A stretch of 63,847 nucleotides of DNA, counting the filler, from Octopus bimaculoides (taxonomy: Eukaryota): assembly GCF_001194135.2 (NCBI RefSeq). It is 8 parts of 8 records of this genome, joined end to end, with 100 filler letters (N's around TTAATTAATTAA, not from the genome) between each part and the next. Parts side by side here need not be neighbours in the genome. Positions count along the whole stretch, not along the records: positions 15,524 to 33,402 come from NC_068984.1; positions 33,503 to 54,287 come from NC_068997.1; 6 more parts are not named here. One strand, given 5' to 3'. The notes beneath the pieces are model-generated. The model searched no databases. It had not been told where the DNA came from and saw only the letters and a list, made by a program, of their open reading frames with translations. The translations under genes were made by a program, and so were the position numbers. This document shows positions 24,682-38,290 of this stretch, piece after piece (positions within the stretch are counted from its first letter, which is position 1; every line of letters begins with the position of its first letter).

Positions 24682-26680
24682 NNNNNNNNNNNNNNNNNNN
24701 NNNNNNNNNNNNNNNNNNNNNNNNNNNNNNTATATATATGTACATATGTATAGGCCACAGAATCTCCGGATGTATGTGTGTATATATATATGTATGTGTG
24801 TGTGTGTGTATGTGCATTTCTGTTAACATGTATGTCTCCCTATACATGCTTCCTCCCCACACTCTCTCTCTCTCTCTCTCTTTCTCTTTGTGGTTGTATA
24901 CATGTGTATGGTTTTGTTTCTAGTCATTTGAAATTTTCCCTAGCAATAAAGAACAAAGAGGTTCCTCTACGATAAGAACAAAGAACTCATTGTTTAGTCA
25001 ATTAGACAATGCCTAAAGGATTCATTGTTACGTTGTTTCTTAAACCTATGGAAATATTATGCACACACAGGGTGGTGCGTATATATATAAACATAGGATA
25101 TATATATATAAACATCTATACAGATGTGTGTACGTACAAATATAGCCATACATACATACATATATATATATATGTATATATATAGATATATATATATATA
25201 TATATATATANNNNNNNNNNNNNNNNNNNNNNNNNNNNNNNNNNNNNNNNNNNNNNNNNNNNNNNNNNNNNNNNNNNNNNNNNNNNNNNNNNNNNNNNNN
25301 NNNNNNNNNNNNNNNNNNNNNNNNNNNNNNNNNNNNNNNNNNNNNNNNNNNNNNNNNNNNNNNNNNNNNNNNNNNNNNNNNNNNNNNNNNNNNNNNNNNN
25401 NNNNNNNNNNNNNNNNNNNNNNNNNNNNNNNNNNNNNNNNNNNNNNNNNNNNNNNNNNNNNNNNNNNNNNNNNNNNNNNNNNNNNNNNNNNNNNNNNNNN
25501 NNNNNNNNNNNNNNNNNNNNNNNNNNNNNNNNNNNNNNNNNNNNNNNNNNNNNNNNNNNNNNNNNNNNNNNNNNNNNNNNNNNNNNNNNNNNNNNNNNNN
25601 NNNNNNNNNNNNNNNNNNNNNNNNNNNNNNNNNNNNNNNNNNNNNNNNNNNNNNNNNNNNNNNNNNNNNNNNNNNNNNNNNNNNNNNNNNNNNNNNNNNN
25701 NNNNNNNNNNNNNNNNNNNNNNNNNNNNNNNNNNNNNNNNNNNNNNNNNNNNNNNNNNNNNNNNNNNNNNNNNNNNNNNNNNNNNNNNNNNNNNNNNNNN
25801 NNNNNNNNNNNNNNNNNNNNNNNNNNNNNNNNNNNNNNNNNNNNNNNNNNNNNNNNNNNNNNNNNNNNNNNNNNNNNNNNNNNNNNNNNNNNNNNNNNNN
25901 NNNNNNNNNNNNNNNNNNNNNNNNNNNNNNNNNNNNNNNNNNNNNNNNNNNNNNNNNNNNNNNNNNNNNNNNNNNNNNNNNNNNNNNNNNNNNNNNNNNN
26001 NNNNNNNNNNNNNNNNNNNNNNNNNNNNNNNNNNNNNNNNNNNNNNNNNNNNNNNNNNNNNNNNNNNNNNNNNNNNNNNNNNNNNTATATATATATATAT
26101 ATATATATATATGCATGTATGTAAGTATATGTATACGTGTACATGTGTGAAAGAGATGCATATATGTATGTATATATATATGTGCGTGTATATAATATGC
26201 ATAGATGTATATATATGTGCGTGTGTGTATATAGATTTGTGTAGATGTATATATACATATACATACACATGCGCTTGTATATTTGTATGTATGTATGTAT
26301 GTATATGTATGCTGAGCTCTTCATATACTTTTATGCTTATATATGTTTCAAAGCCCACGGTTTCAGATTTTTGGTTCTCTCAAGAACTAAAATAAAAATA
26401 AAAAAGAATTATAGAAAAATTAAAATTAAAATAAATTAAATAAATAGCATGCGTACAATTACACGATAGGGTTAGTTAAGTACAGTCACAGTCCAAAATA
26501 ATAATTTCCCCTTGAATTCCAGCAACTCGGTTACAATTCCAAAAGAGAAAACGTAGAGTGAATTTATGTCTGTACATGTGTGGCGTTCTGCTTGTTCGTG
26601 TGAATTTATTTGGTGAATGGTTGATTAGTAAGTTTACATCATTCTTTTCAGTATCTTAAACATGGACGGTGTGTTTGTGC

Positions 26681-26722
<42 letters not shown>

Positions 26723-27069
26723 NNNNNNNNNNNNNNNNNNNNNNNNNNNNNNNNNNNNNNNNNNNNNNNNNNNNNNNNNNNNNNNNNNNNNNNNNNNNNN
26801 NNNNNNNNNNNNNNNNNNNNNNNNNNNNNNNNNNNNNNNNNNNNNNNNNNNNNNNNNNNNNNNNNNNNNNNNNNNNNNNNNNNNNNNNNNNNNNNNNNNN
26901 NNNNNNNNNNNNNNNNNNNNNNNNNNNNNNNNNNNNNNNNNNNNNNNNNNNNNNNNNNNNNNNNNNNNNNNNNNNNNNNNNNNNNNNNNNNNNNNNNNNN
27001 NNNNNNNNNNNNNNNNNNNNNNNNNNNNNNNNNNNNNNNNNNNNNNNNNNNNNNNNNNNNNNNNNNNNN

Positions 27070-27112
<43 letters not shown>

Positions 27113-27694
27113 CATGCATACATACATACATGCATACATACATACATACATACATACATACATACATACATACATACATACATAGGGTATATGTAAAATG
27201 AAATAATCAAAATAGAAGGCGAAGATTGGGCACGAAAGCTTTCTGTTGGAGCAGCAACATAATATGGGCAATATAACATGGGACACGGATTTCAAGGGAG
27301 ATCAACCATGATAGGAAACATTTGCTTTGGTTTTTAGTTTCGTCATAACATTTAGACTGTTGAGAATTGAGAATTGAGTTTTGTTTCCCTAGAGGTTGTC
27401 TACTAACGACCATCCGTTATCTCCACCATCCACCAATCTTACCCTCTCCCATTCGCCATACCACCACTATCACCACCGTCACCACAACCATCAACCACCA
27501 ACACCCTCACCATCACCAACGCCATCACACTCACACGCCGCCACCATCATGACCGCCGTCAACCACTTTGCAATGGCATTATCACGACTCGGCACCGCCT
27601 CTGCGCCATTCCTTCCATCGCTGCCATCACCAGCAAACCACTGCTGCCACAACCAGCCAAACTAATGATAAACCAAGACCGACCCATTACAGTT

Positions 27695-27734
<40 letters not shown>

Positions 27735-27839
27735 CATCACAGTCCACATACGTTTCTAATTTCATCGTCTTTCTCTCTGTCCCCCTTTTACTATGTGATA
27801 GAGACTCATTTTTTATCTATCTATATATCTATCTATCTA

Positions 27840-27873
<34 letters not shown>

Positions 27874-27914
27874 ATTCTGGCTGGCTGGCTGCCTGCCTGT
27901 CTGTCTGTCTGTCT

Positions 27915-28050
27915 GTGTAAGAAGCTTGCTTCCCAACCACATGGTCCCGGATTCAGTCCCAATGCGCGGCACCTTGGGCAAGTGTCTTCTACTATAGCCT
28001 CGGGCTAACCAAAGCCTTGTGAGTGGACTTGGTAGGCGGAAACTGAATAT
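27915..28050 (+). mobile_element. 5' half of SINE family A (copies ~12520, 13340, 29291, 36650, 38800, 42910, 44340, 54125; minus ~37575, 39280, 43880)
   Basis: GTAAG.AGCTTGCTT.CCAACCACATGGT.CC.GGTTCAGTCCC...CTTGGGCAAGTGTCTTCTACTATAGCC...ACCAAAGCCTTGTGAGTGGA. Confidence 0.85.
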
Positions 28051-29397
28051 ATATATANNNNNNNNNNNNNNNNNNNNNNNNNNNNNNNNNNNNNNNNNNN
28101 NNNNNNNNNNNNNNNNNNNNNNNNNNNNNNNNNNNNNNNNNNNNNNNNNNNNNNNNNNNNNNNNNNNNNNNNNNNNNNNNNNNNNNNNNNNNNNNNNNNN
28201 NNNNNNNNNNNNNNNNNNNNNNNNNNNNNNNNNNNNNNNNNNNNNNNNNNNNNNNNNNNNNNNNNNNNNNNNNNNNNNNNNNNNNNNNNNNNNNNNNNNN
28301 NNNNNNNNNNNNNNNNNNNNNNNNNNNNNNNNNNNNNNNNNNNNNNNNNNNNNNNNNNNNNNNNNNNNNNNNNNNNNNNNNNNNNNNNNNNNNNNNNNNN
28401 NNNNNNNNNNNNNNNNNNNNNNNNNNNNNNNNNNNNNNNNNTATATGTATATATGTATATATGTATGTATAAATATGCATATAATATATATGTTTTACAC
28501 GTATAATATATATTGTTTTACACGTATGTCTTCGGGCATAAAATACACACAAATACGCACATTCATTATAACATCAGTGATAGTCGTCTTAAAGAGACCA
28601 TAATTCACGTTTCTAAAATGGCCACCGCAATATTTGTGCAGTGATAGAGGATGTGAACTTGTTAGTAAGTGATGGACTTTAAGTCGTTACACCTAATCCA
28701 TTTTAACTCCTTAATACTAAAAACCATTGTTTTCCGTTCCATGGTGATTGTGTTTGTGTATTTATGTACTTATACATACATAACGTATATTTATATACAT
28801 ATATGCGTTACATACGCCTCTTTGTGTATATGTATCTTTAGTTTTATATTTATCTTCCATTATTTCTTTCGTCGTTTACGTGGACATTGAAGTCCTTAAT
28901 GTCGGACGGCTGGCCATCGTGTTGTGATGCTTTCACGCCTGTTCTGCCACTTCAGATCCCTAAGTTGTACTTTATACAAGCAATCTGTCATCTCTGACAG
29001 TGATAAAAACGTTCTTTGTTCTCCACGTTCTGCAGTCTTCGGTTAGGAGCTAACTTCACTGTTACTATGATTTGTATCGCTTTAAGTACGCATGCGTGAA
29101 TCTATAAGAATGCTTATATGTGCGTATGTTTTGTGTATTTATGGACATATATACATACATATGTATGTATATATATATATACATATATAAACATATATAC
29201 ATATATACATGTGTGTGTATATATAAATATATTATACAGAGAGAGAGAGAGATAATGATATATATATANNNNNNNNNNNNNNNNNNNNNNGTTCAGTCCC
29301 ACTGCGTAGCAGGTTGGGCAAGTATCTTCTACTATAGCGTCTGGTCGACCAGAGCCTTGTCAATGGATTAGGTGTCAGAAACTGAAAGAAGCCTAGC

Positions 29398-29444
<47 letters not shown>

Positions 29445-30163
29445 TGTGTGTATTTGTGTGTCTGTGTCTATCCTCTCCCACCATCGGTTGACACCGATGC
29501 TGGTGTGATTACGTCCCCGTAACTTACCAGTTCGGCATAAGAAACGGATAAAATAAGTACTAGGTTTACAAAGAATATGTCGTGGGTCGATTTTTTCGAC
29601 TGAAGGCGGTGGTCCAGCATGGCCACAGTCAAATGACTGGAAGAACTAAAAGAATATTGCTGTATCGTCTTAGTGTGTCTTACTGCAATGCTTTTTTCTC
29701 AAAACTTTGTGTAAGTTGTGAGCCTTGATGTTTAAAATTATTTTTTTTAAATCATTCCTTGTGCTGCAGTCATGTTCACTATCCTCTCCGCTTTAATTCA
29801 TCTCACTCCAATGCTCTTCGGCATTTCTTACCTTTATCTTTTTAGCTAAGTCCCCACACAAATAATAAACGGTTCTTGTAGTCCTGCTCTCATCAGATAA
29901 ATAAAAGACATCATCATCATCATCATCCCTGTGATAAATAAAAGACATCGTCGTCATCGCTGTCGTCGTTGTTGTTGAGGCAGCACGCCGGGCAAAATGC
30001 TTCCGTCTTTCTGTTCTAAGTTCAAATTCCGCCAGAGTCGACTATGCCTTTCAACCTTTCAGGGGTCGATAAAACAAGTACTAGTTGAGCACTGGGGTCG
30101 ATGTAATCGACTATCTCCCTCCCCTCAAAATTTCAGGCCTTGTGCCTATAGTAGAAAGGATTA

Positions 30164-30165
<2 letters not shown>

Positions 30166-30222
<57 letters not shown>

Positions 30223-30245
30223 GTTACTATTATTATTATTATTAT
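30166..30245. repeat. (ATT)n SINE-tail microsatellite (also ~61285-61358, 61562-61630)
   Basis: Direct reading; follows the family B SINE. Confidence 0.9.
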
Positions 30246-33119
30246 ATAACCTCTTTTATTTACTCTGTATATCTTCGTTTTTTTGTTCACTTATCTGAGT
30301 TCTGTGTAAAGTGCCATATTTTGTAATATCTTTTGTGTTCATAGTGTCCCCTTCATTAATCATCATCATCATCATTATTGGTGTAGAGTCTGTGAAATCA
30401 GTAGAGCGCCGAATAGCAGTCTTCTCTCAAATACGTGGCCTTGTGCCAATGTTGATGATGTATAGGGAGACGTTTTAACGTATCAGTGAGCTGGGTGCAC
30501 TTTAATCCATTTATGTTAATATCACATAGACACACACGTACAGTGGCTTATATATATACACACACATGCGCAGAAGCATATACACACACAAACATATATA
30601 TATAAACACACACATGAATGCACGTACGCACGCACCAACAAACGCATAATCACACACATTAGAACAACATTGTTAGGTGGTACCTAAGCTCAGATTATAT
30701 CGTAAGACGTTTACTTTGTCAGTTTGCCTAGACAAACACAACCCAGCAGAATGAATGTAATAGAATTTGGTGGCGCTGGTTGATGGTTGTAGTGGTTTGG
30801 TTGTGGTAGTGTATATGTGTAGTTTATGTAGGGTGAGATGGCATAGATTTCCCTGCCATCCGATCTGTTAGTGCACCTGACTGCCTATGGTGCACCTATC
30901 AGTTAAACAATTGTGACATATATCTCACCAAATATCTCACTAGTTAAGATATGTGTCAGTTGATATAGTGTTATGTGAAAGAAGAAAAAATGCCAGCAGA
31001 TGTATTATGTAAAAGAATATAAAATGCTTTGTTATAATGGCACAAATCTACAAATATTTGTCGTCAGAATTCCTCCGAAGTCGATTCTCTTTTCAATTTA
31101 ACCTTTGGGATCGAGGAAAAATAACAGCAGTGTGTATGTGTAATTAGCGGGTTGGGGAGTTAATTAATCCGATCCCACCTCGCCCTGGGATATTTGTGGC
31201 TTTGTATCAAAGTTAGAAATTAGTATATTTGTATATTTATGGATTAATAAATGTTATTCAGTTTGAGTTAGCTATTACGATTAAGGCCCAGGCTGGAGCT
31301 TTATTGAGTATGTTTGCAAAATTTGATTTGTACAGAAAGAGTAGAACCAATTCCAGTTGTTGATGGATATTTATTTTATGATCTTTGAAAGGATGAAAAT
31401 CAAATTTAACTTAGACAGAATTGAACTGAGAAAGAATAGGAGAGTATCTATACCAACACAAAGCGCTTTCTTAAATTCTCTAGTTTCTCTGCAATGCATG
31501 TACTCTGAGTACTTTTTGTCTTACTCTTTCGCTTCGTTGCTATCGAACTACTTCGAGTAAACATTGTAAAATAATTTGTAGCATAAAATAGAGTCGCTGA
31601 CGTTTACGGTACAGTTAATTCAATGAACCATATCATACATAAAATTTGTTGTAGCCAACGAGGAAGACTCTTGAACAAAAAATACGGTGTAATCATAGCT
31701 GGAAGTATTTTCTTTATAAGTTTGTCCGATCAATGATGACCTGGGACTACACAGTAACACGAACCGAATAGAACACTAACAACGACAACAACAACAATAC
31801 CAACAACAATACCAATAACTAGTATCTATTCTAGCTAGCAAGTGAAGCCTCAGAGCGTTCAAGCATCATGTAGGAAAAATGCAATCAAATCTCCCTCAAT
31901 ACTTCCATTTTAAATAATGAACGGTTATATCTGGATATACAAATAGATGAGCTGGTTGAGTTTAGAATGACGTTGATCGATAAAGGTTTGGCTGGCCTGG
32001 ACTGGACTGTTTCATAAGGATTGCTTGAGTTTGATGGAGTCGGCCCTCTCAATATTTGTGTACAAAAAATAGAAATGCGAGAAATGCGAGAAACGCAGTG
32101 TAGAAGGGCTACATAAGATAGCAGACAAGGCTTTTTATTGGATAGATAAAAATAAAAAGGAGTCATTTATATATCAAAAACAATAGTGATGATTACATTT
32201 GTGAGTCACAAATGGCCTTCGGTCATCGTTATAGACAAAGGTGCTCAATTACTAGCCTAACAGTGGTGAGTTCAAATCTAAGTCAATTAATCTTGCTTTG
32301 CTTCTGATTTAAGCCTTTAACTCTATGATTTAGACAACTGTCATTTGCAAGTGAGTATTAGGGTTTCGCTGATTCTTGTCCCATTTTCGAACCATTGAAA
32401 TATCCATTATCTCACACCTAGAGGGAGACCAGGCTGAAGAAGATACTCTACCATGCAACTGCTTATGTAGACTGATTGAAGGTGAGTGGTTTTAGTTGTT
32501 AGGTTATTCGGTTCATGATCTTAAGGTTTTCCAGCATGGCCGCAGTCACACGACTGAAACAAGTAAAACAATAAAAGAATTTACTTTTGAGAGATAGAAC
32601 AATTAAATCAAATAATTTTGTTATCCTCCCCGAAGGATTAACGCCTATCTACCTATCTGTCGATCGATCGATTTATCTGCCTATCAGTTTCTCTATATAT
32701 ATACATGTATTTACATGTATGCGTGTATGTACAGATGTACACATAAAGTTATCTATACAAAAATACATACATACACACACACACACACACGCACACAAAC
32801 ACATATATATATACATGTGTATATGTGTGTGTATACATACACACACATGTGTATACATATATGCACATATAGATTTATACATATATACATATATGTATAT
32901 ATACCTATAAAAATATATATATGTACATATATATAGACATATATACATATAAACATATATACGTATATATATACATACAGACATACATACATACATACAT
33001 ATATATATAGCGTTCTACCTCAGATTCGCGTTTGCCCGTACGGCTTTTGAATGTTGTTTTCACTGTCCAATTTTTTCCTGTCTTGGTTTGTGTTTGCCAC
33101 CTTGGAATCCTCTGTGTAG

Positions 33120-33312
33120 TAGGTTGATCCACTACTCAGGAAGAGACTATTTTAGAGTACGTTCTGCCTTATCTTCGAAACGTCAGGTTAGAATAGAGGC
33201 AGCTGATGAAGGAATATTCCAAGTGGCTTTCCGTTTTCCTATGTGTTCGTTCCGTTGTCTTTAGTTCATTGTTCTAACGTCCTGTACCCTGATATGCATA
33301 TATATACACATG
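33120..33312 (+). repeat. Penelope-like terminal repeat with hammerhead-core words
   Basis: CTCAGGAAGAGA...TCTTCGAAACGTC, then CTGATGAAGG; matches 6893-7032 inverted. Confidence 0.55.
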
Positions 33313-33650
33313 TAGATGTAAGTATGCACATATATGTGTGTATACATACACACACATGTGTATACATATATGCACATATAGATTTATACATATATACATA
33401 TANNNNNNNNNNNNNNNNNNNNNNNNNNNNNNNNNNNNNNNNNNNNTTAATTAATTAANNNNNNNNNNNNNNNNNNNNNNNNNNNNNNNNNNNNNNNNNN
33501 NNTATGCAAAATAAAACAAAAATGGAAAAATTCAGTTGTCACTAATTGCAACTGAATGTTCAGGGTAGCACCAACATTGCTAGAAATAAGAGTTAAAAAA
33601 TCCTCAGAACTATAAGGAAGCACATTTTCATATGCTATAAATATGAGTCT

Positions 33651-33816
33651 AGGACATTTACCCCAATCCCCATGAACAATAACTCCCCTAGGACAATTAC
33701 CCCTGAGGACAACAGATGATGATTAAAAACTTCTTAATATATTAGAGAAAGGGTAATTAACCAGGGGGTGGGGTAGTTGTCATCGGCGGTAATAGTCCTC
33801 AAGGGGTAATTGTCCT
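33651..33816. mobile_element. Small MITE with reiterated GGACAATTACCCC motifs
   Basis: GGACAATTACCCCT.GAGGAC versus GTCCTCAAGGGGTAATTGTCC inverted match; degenerate motif repeats in both arms. Confidence 0.65.
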
Positions 33817-35549
33817 GATACGATATATATATATATGGTGTATCTTGTGTGGTCAAATAGATGGATGATTGTTAATGTTAATTTTAGAGTCCCATGTAGA
33901 TTATCCAAGTCCAGTCCACTTCCTTTATAGTAGTTAAGCAACTACTATTCTTAATAGTATTGCTAGTTATGAAATACAAAACAAATGTAGGATAAATTAC
34001 AATAAGTGCAAGTGTATATTATTTGTTCCTATGCCCGTTTCTCCATGCTTGTGTGTGTGTGTGTTTGTCCCCCACCTCCATTTGAAAGCCAGTGTTGGTT
34101 TGTTTAGGCAGAAGCAAGTAAAAAAAAAATGGTAAAAGTACCAGTCCAGTACTGAAGTCAATTCCTTTCTCTTTCTTCCTGTTCTTGTCTCCTTCTCATT
34201 TTCTCTCTAGAAATAAATTATCTGTGTTCAGAGCTGAAATAGAATAGGCTCCACCAAGTTTAAAGTGCCCAAGATATGCTTTATATCATAATGGCGCTGC
34301 TTTGATTCCATCAAGAGCTAAGGACCCAAGAAAGGAAGTACTGGGTAGTACTTGTTTTCACCTTGCTCGGCTGTTTAGTTATTTAAACTGCTCCATATCA
34401 ATATTACAATTTATAAAAAAATTTTTCAAAAGTATAGACTCCCTTTTCATTGTGAATGACCTTGGAGTTGCACCTAGAAAGTTCACCTCTGAGACACAAG
34501 CCAGGTAAGGTTGTTTATGGAAGACCAGCAGTCGTCCATGCATACTAGCCTCCATTCTCCAAGCCACTGATGTTATCCAAGGGAAAAGCAAAGGCTGATA
34601 CAGCTGGGCACTATTGATGTTACAACTCATTTCTACAGATGAATGAACTGGAACAATGTGAAATAAAGTGTCTTGCTCAAGAACATAACACACAGCCCGG
34701 TTCAAGAATCAAATTCACTACTTGATGATTGTGGGCCTGATGCTCTCACCACTGAGCCATGTGCCTTCGCCATTTATAAAGCATCATAATTATTTGTTAT
34801 ATAAGTTCATAAATGATAATAACTTAACTCACAGATAACATTATGTATATAATTCCTGCATATCTTGTGATTTGGAGACTTTGCAAGATAATCATATTGA
34901 TTTTTGACTGTTATGATTAAGATTCTACATTTACAAAATGATGTCTCCTGGGGCAAGGCAGTAATGATAAAATTAAGTGTTTTATAGCCTCGTGAACTCT
35001 ACATTCTCCTATGTCTTGAACATCAAGTCTTTAGGGATTGGATGTTTGTTTTGAGAAACCTTTTACTCAATAATGCAAGCTTTTGCTGGTTGAGGTCTTG
35101 AAAAGTTGGCTTCTTGGCCAAATAATTCAGTTTGTATCATGTAGTTAGTATTACGCTGTATTGAATGATTAACACACAAAATTCTCATATTTCTCAGTTT
35201 AACTGCAACATACTCCATGAAGGGAACTCAAAGCTCCTCTTTGTAAGTAACTTGTAATTGTTGTGATGGAAAAAATCCAATGTTGTGATGTCCATACCTT
35301 TCCTAAAGTCATCAAGAGTATAAGTAAAATGGTTTTATGCCAGAGTTTAAACTTGTGTCACAGTTTCAGTTTACTAAGTATAAATGATAGTTTAACTTTC
35401 TGATACCAAACTACCTGAGACTGACCATGGTTACATGATACAAACTTCCAGTTTTAAAGTGATCTAAGTTAAAAGTATGTTCTAAACAGCTAAATAACAA
35501 CACTTTGTTATGTCTTGGGTGGGTTGTTATGTCAATAATAATAACACGT

Positions 35550-35930
35550 GGAGGCGCAATGGCCCAGTGGTTAGGGCAGTGGACTTGCGGTCATAGGATC
35601 ACGGTTTCGATTCCCAGACCGGGCGTTGTGAGTGTTTATTGAGTGAAAACACCTAAAGCTCCACGAGGCTCCGGCATGAGATGGTGGCGAACCCTGCTGT
35701 ACTCTTCCACCACAACTTTCTCTCACTCTTACTTCCTGTTTCTGTTGTGCCTGTAATTCAAAGGGCCAGCCTTGTCACACTGTGTCACGCTGAATATCCC
35801 CGAGAACTACGTTAAGGGAACACGTGTCAGTGGAGTGCTCAGCCACTTGCACGTTAATTTCACGAGCAGACTGTTCCGTTGATCGGAGCAACTGGAATCC
35901 TCGACGTCGTAAGCGACGGAGTGCCAACAC
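35550..35930 (+). mobile_element. Near full-length tRNA-derived SINE (family D)
   Basis: Head GGAGGCGCAATGGCCCAGTGGTTAGGGC...GGTTTCGATTCCC has box A/B; CpG-rich body; ends in an AC-rich tail. Confidence 0.75.
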
Positions 35931-37849
35931 ACAATAATAACACACACAGGTGATGTGCAGCAACATCTTATGTTCTAGTTTTCCTGCTCAGTGTTCCTTA
36001 CAGCTACCTTACAGCTGAATTAAAGGATTTAAAAGTCAACATGGAGGTGATGCATTTTTTTTAATAAAGTGGAGCTGTTGGGTGGGTATTTTGAGTTTTA
36101 GACAGCAGAACACAGTGCATTTTGGCATTTTGCTAACTTGGCTAGATCTCATCTTAATTCGTGTTTGTATTTAACTTGTAAGATTCATGATGAGAATTTG
36201 TGTGTCAAAAGAAATTTCGCTGTGTCTTCGGAGAGTTAAAGATTCTTGATGTGAATTTGTGTTGAAACAAATTCTGTTGTGTCTTGGGAGAATCATTACA
36301 CCAATTATTATTGGTATAATGGGTCTCCCAATACATCAAAATTTATTTCAACACATGAAAACACATCAAGAATATTGCAAGTCAAAAAGTGAAATAACAA
36401 CATTATTTTACCAAATTCTTCATGATTTTCTACCTTAATTTCAACAAAAACAGTGCATTTCAATATGCTACTGAAAGGATAATGGGCTTATAGTGGTGAA
36501 TTGAACTAATCCACAAGCCAATCCTGAAGGGATTTGGGCTCTGCTAAGAGGATTTTCCTTACCTCTACATGAAGATGATCTTCAAAAGAAGCATTGAGGT
36601 TATGGTTTCTCATAGAATCTCTCTTTGAAATTAGACATATTTGTCAGGCGTAACTGTGTAGTTAAGATGCTCGCTTTGCAATCATGTAGTTTTGGGTTCA
36701 GTCCCACTGCATGGCACTTTGGCAAGAATTTTCTATTATAGCCCCAGGTCAACCAATGCCTTGTGAGTGAGCATGACTGATGGAACGTGACTGTATGGAA
36801 GCCCATCGTGTGTTTGTGTGTGTATCTTTGTGTTTTCCCCCCATCATTTAACAACTGGTGTTGGTTTATTTATGTCCCCATAACTTAACCATTTAGCAAA
36901 AATGACCAATAGAGTAAGTACCAGACTTCAACAAAAGAAAAGAAAGTACATGGGATTGATTTGTGTGATTGAAAACCTTTATAACAATTCTCCAGTATGG
37001 CTGCATGTCAATAACTGAAACAAGTAAACGATCAAAAATAAGGCCTGTAATTTTTAAGAATTCTTAAGGCAGTGAGCTGGCACAAACGTTAGCACGCTGG
37101 GCGAAATGCTTAGCGGTATTTCGTCTGTCTTTACATTCCGAGTTCAAATTCCACTGAGGGCGACTTTCACTTTCATCCTTTCAGGGTCAATAAATTAAGT
37201 ACCAGTTGCATACTGCAGTTGATCTAATCGACCGGCCCCTCCCCCAAAATTTCGGGCCTTGTGCCTAGAATAGAAAAGAATTTTTAAGAATTTTTGTATT
37301 TTGTATTCCAAGCACTTTTCTTTACAAAACCAAAAAACTGGTATTGTATTTATCTTTTACCTTTTACTTGTTTCAGCCATTAGACTGTGGCCGTGCTGGG
37401 GCACTGCTATGAAGAAGTTTTAATCAGTCAAATTGGCCCCAGTACTTTTTTTTTCTTTAAGCTGGGTATATATTTTATCAGTTTCTTTTGCCGAACTACT
37501 AAGTTATAGGGGTGTAAGCAAACCAACACTGGTTGTCAAGAAGTGGTGAGGGACAAATACAAAGACACACACAAAGTGTTGGGCTTCTTTCAATTTCCAT
37601 CTACCAAATCCACTCACAAGGCTTTAGTCAACTCGAAGCTATAGTGGGAGATACTTGCCCAAGGTGCCACGCAGTGGGACTGAACCTGGGACCATGTGTT
37701 TGGGAAGCAAACTTCTTACCACACAACCATGTTTGTACCTTGTATTGTGGACCCAGACAATTTATTTTGTTACTGGCTTCAACCACTACACTGTAGCTAT
37801 ACTATATTTTCTGCTTTCCAAACAGCATCTGTGTTTGCTATTTGCATCA

Positions 37850-38290
37850 TGTTAGGTAACAGAAGCTATCAACTATTTCTAGTGAATTGTCCAGGCATTT
37901 AAAAGAATCTATTTCTGGTGTTCTTTTAATACTTATTGCTCCAGTGCATTTGCTACACACACAAAGCTTAGCTTCTCTATCAGTCTACCTGTGATCCTAC
38001 TACATCTCTTGTGTGTCCATAGATTCCACTGTATACAACATATAGAATTTACACCTAGTCCTTTTCTGCATATCATACAGGTTTGTTTCCTTGAGGATAC
38101 TAGCGCCTGTCTTTTCTAAGTTTACTGTGATCCCAAGTTTTGCTTGGAATTTCTTTTCTAGTTTCACTATACATTCATCTAGATTATCAGCATATGGTAC
38201 TTACCATGGACAGGCAGCCTTAGAATCCTTCATGGTACACTGTAGGACTGATGAATAGGAGAGGACTAAAGACTGAGCTTTGATGCCTCT
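37850..38290 (-). mobile_element. RTE-clade LINE reverse-transcriptase fragment with a PHD-like Cys/His finger
   Basis: HQSSVFSPLLFI, YADNL, then CMICRKGLGVNSICCIQWNLWTHKRCSRITGRL..FVC/SKC and LEIVDSFCYL. Confidence 0.8.

Noticed and set aside
28560-29950. GATA-site clusters and the ACGCATGCGT palindrome (29088; also 15594) as regulatory elements
   Set aside because: Short motifs expected by chance in AT-rich DNA; no conservation data available
32813-33402. ~75-bp direct duplication of a TA/CA-rich tract
   Set aside because: Low complexity and adjacent to a scaffold end, so likely an assembly or slippage effect
35550-35625. Functional tRNA gene
   Set aside because: No closing acceptor stem; continues into a SINE body
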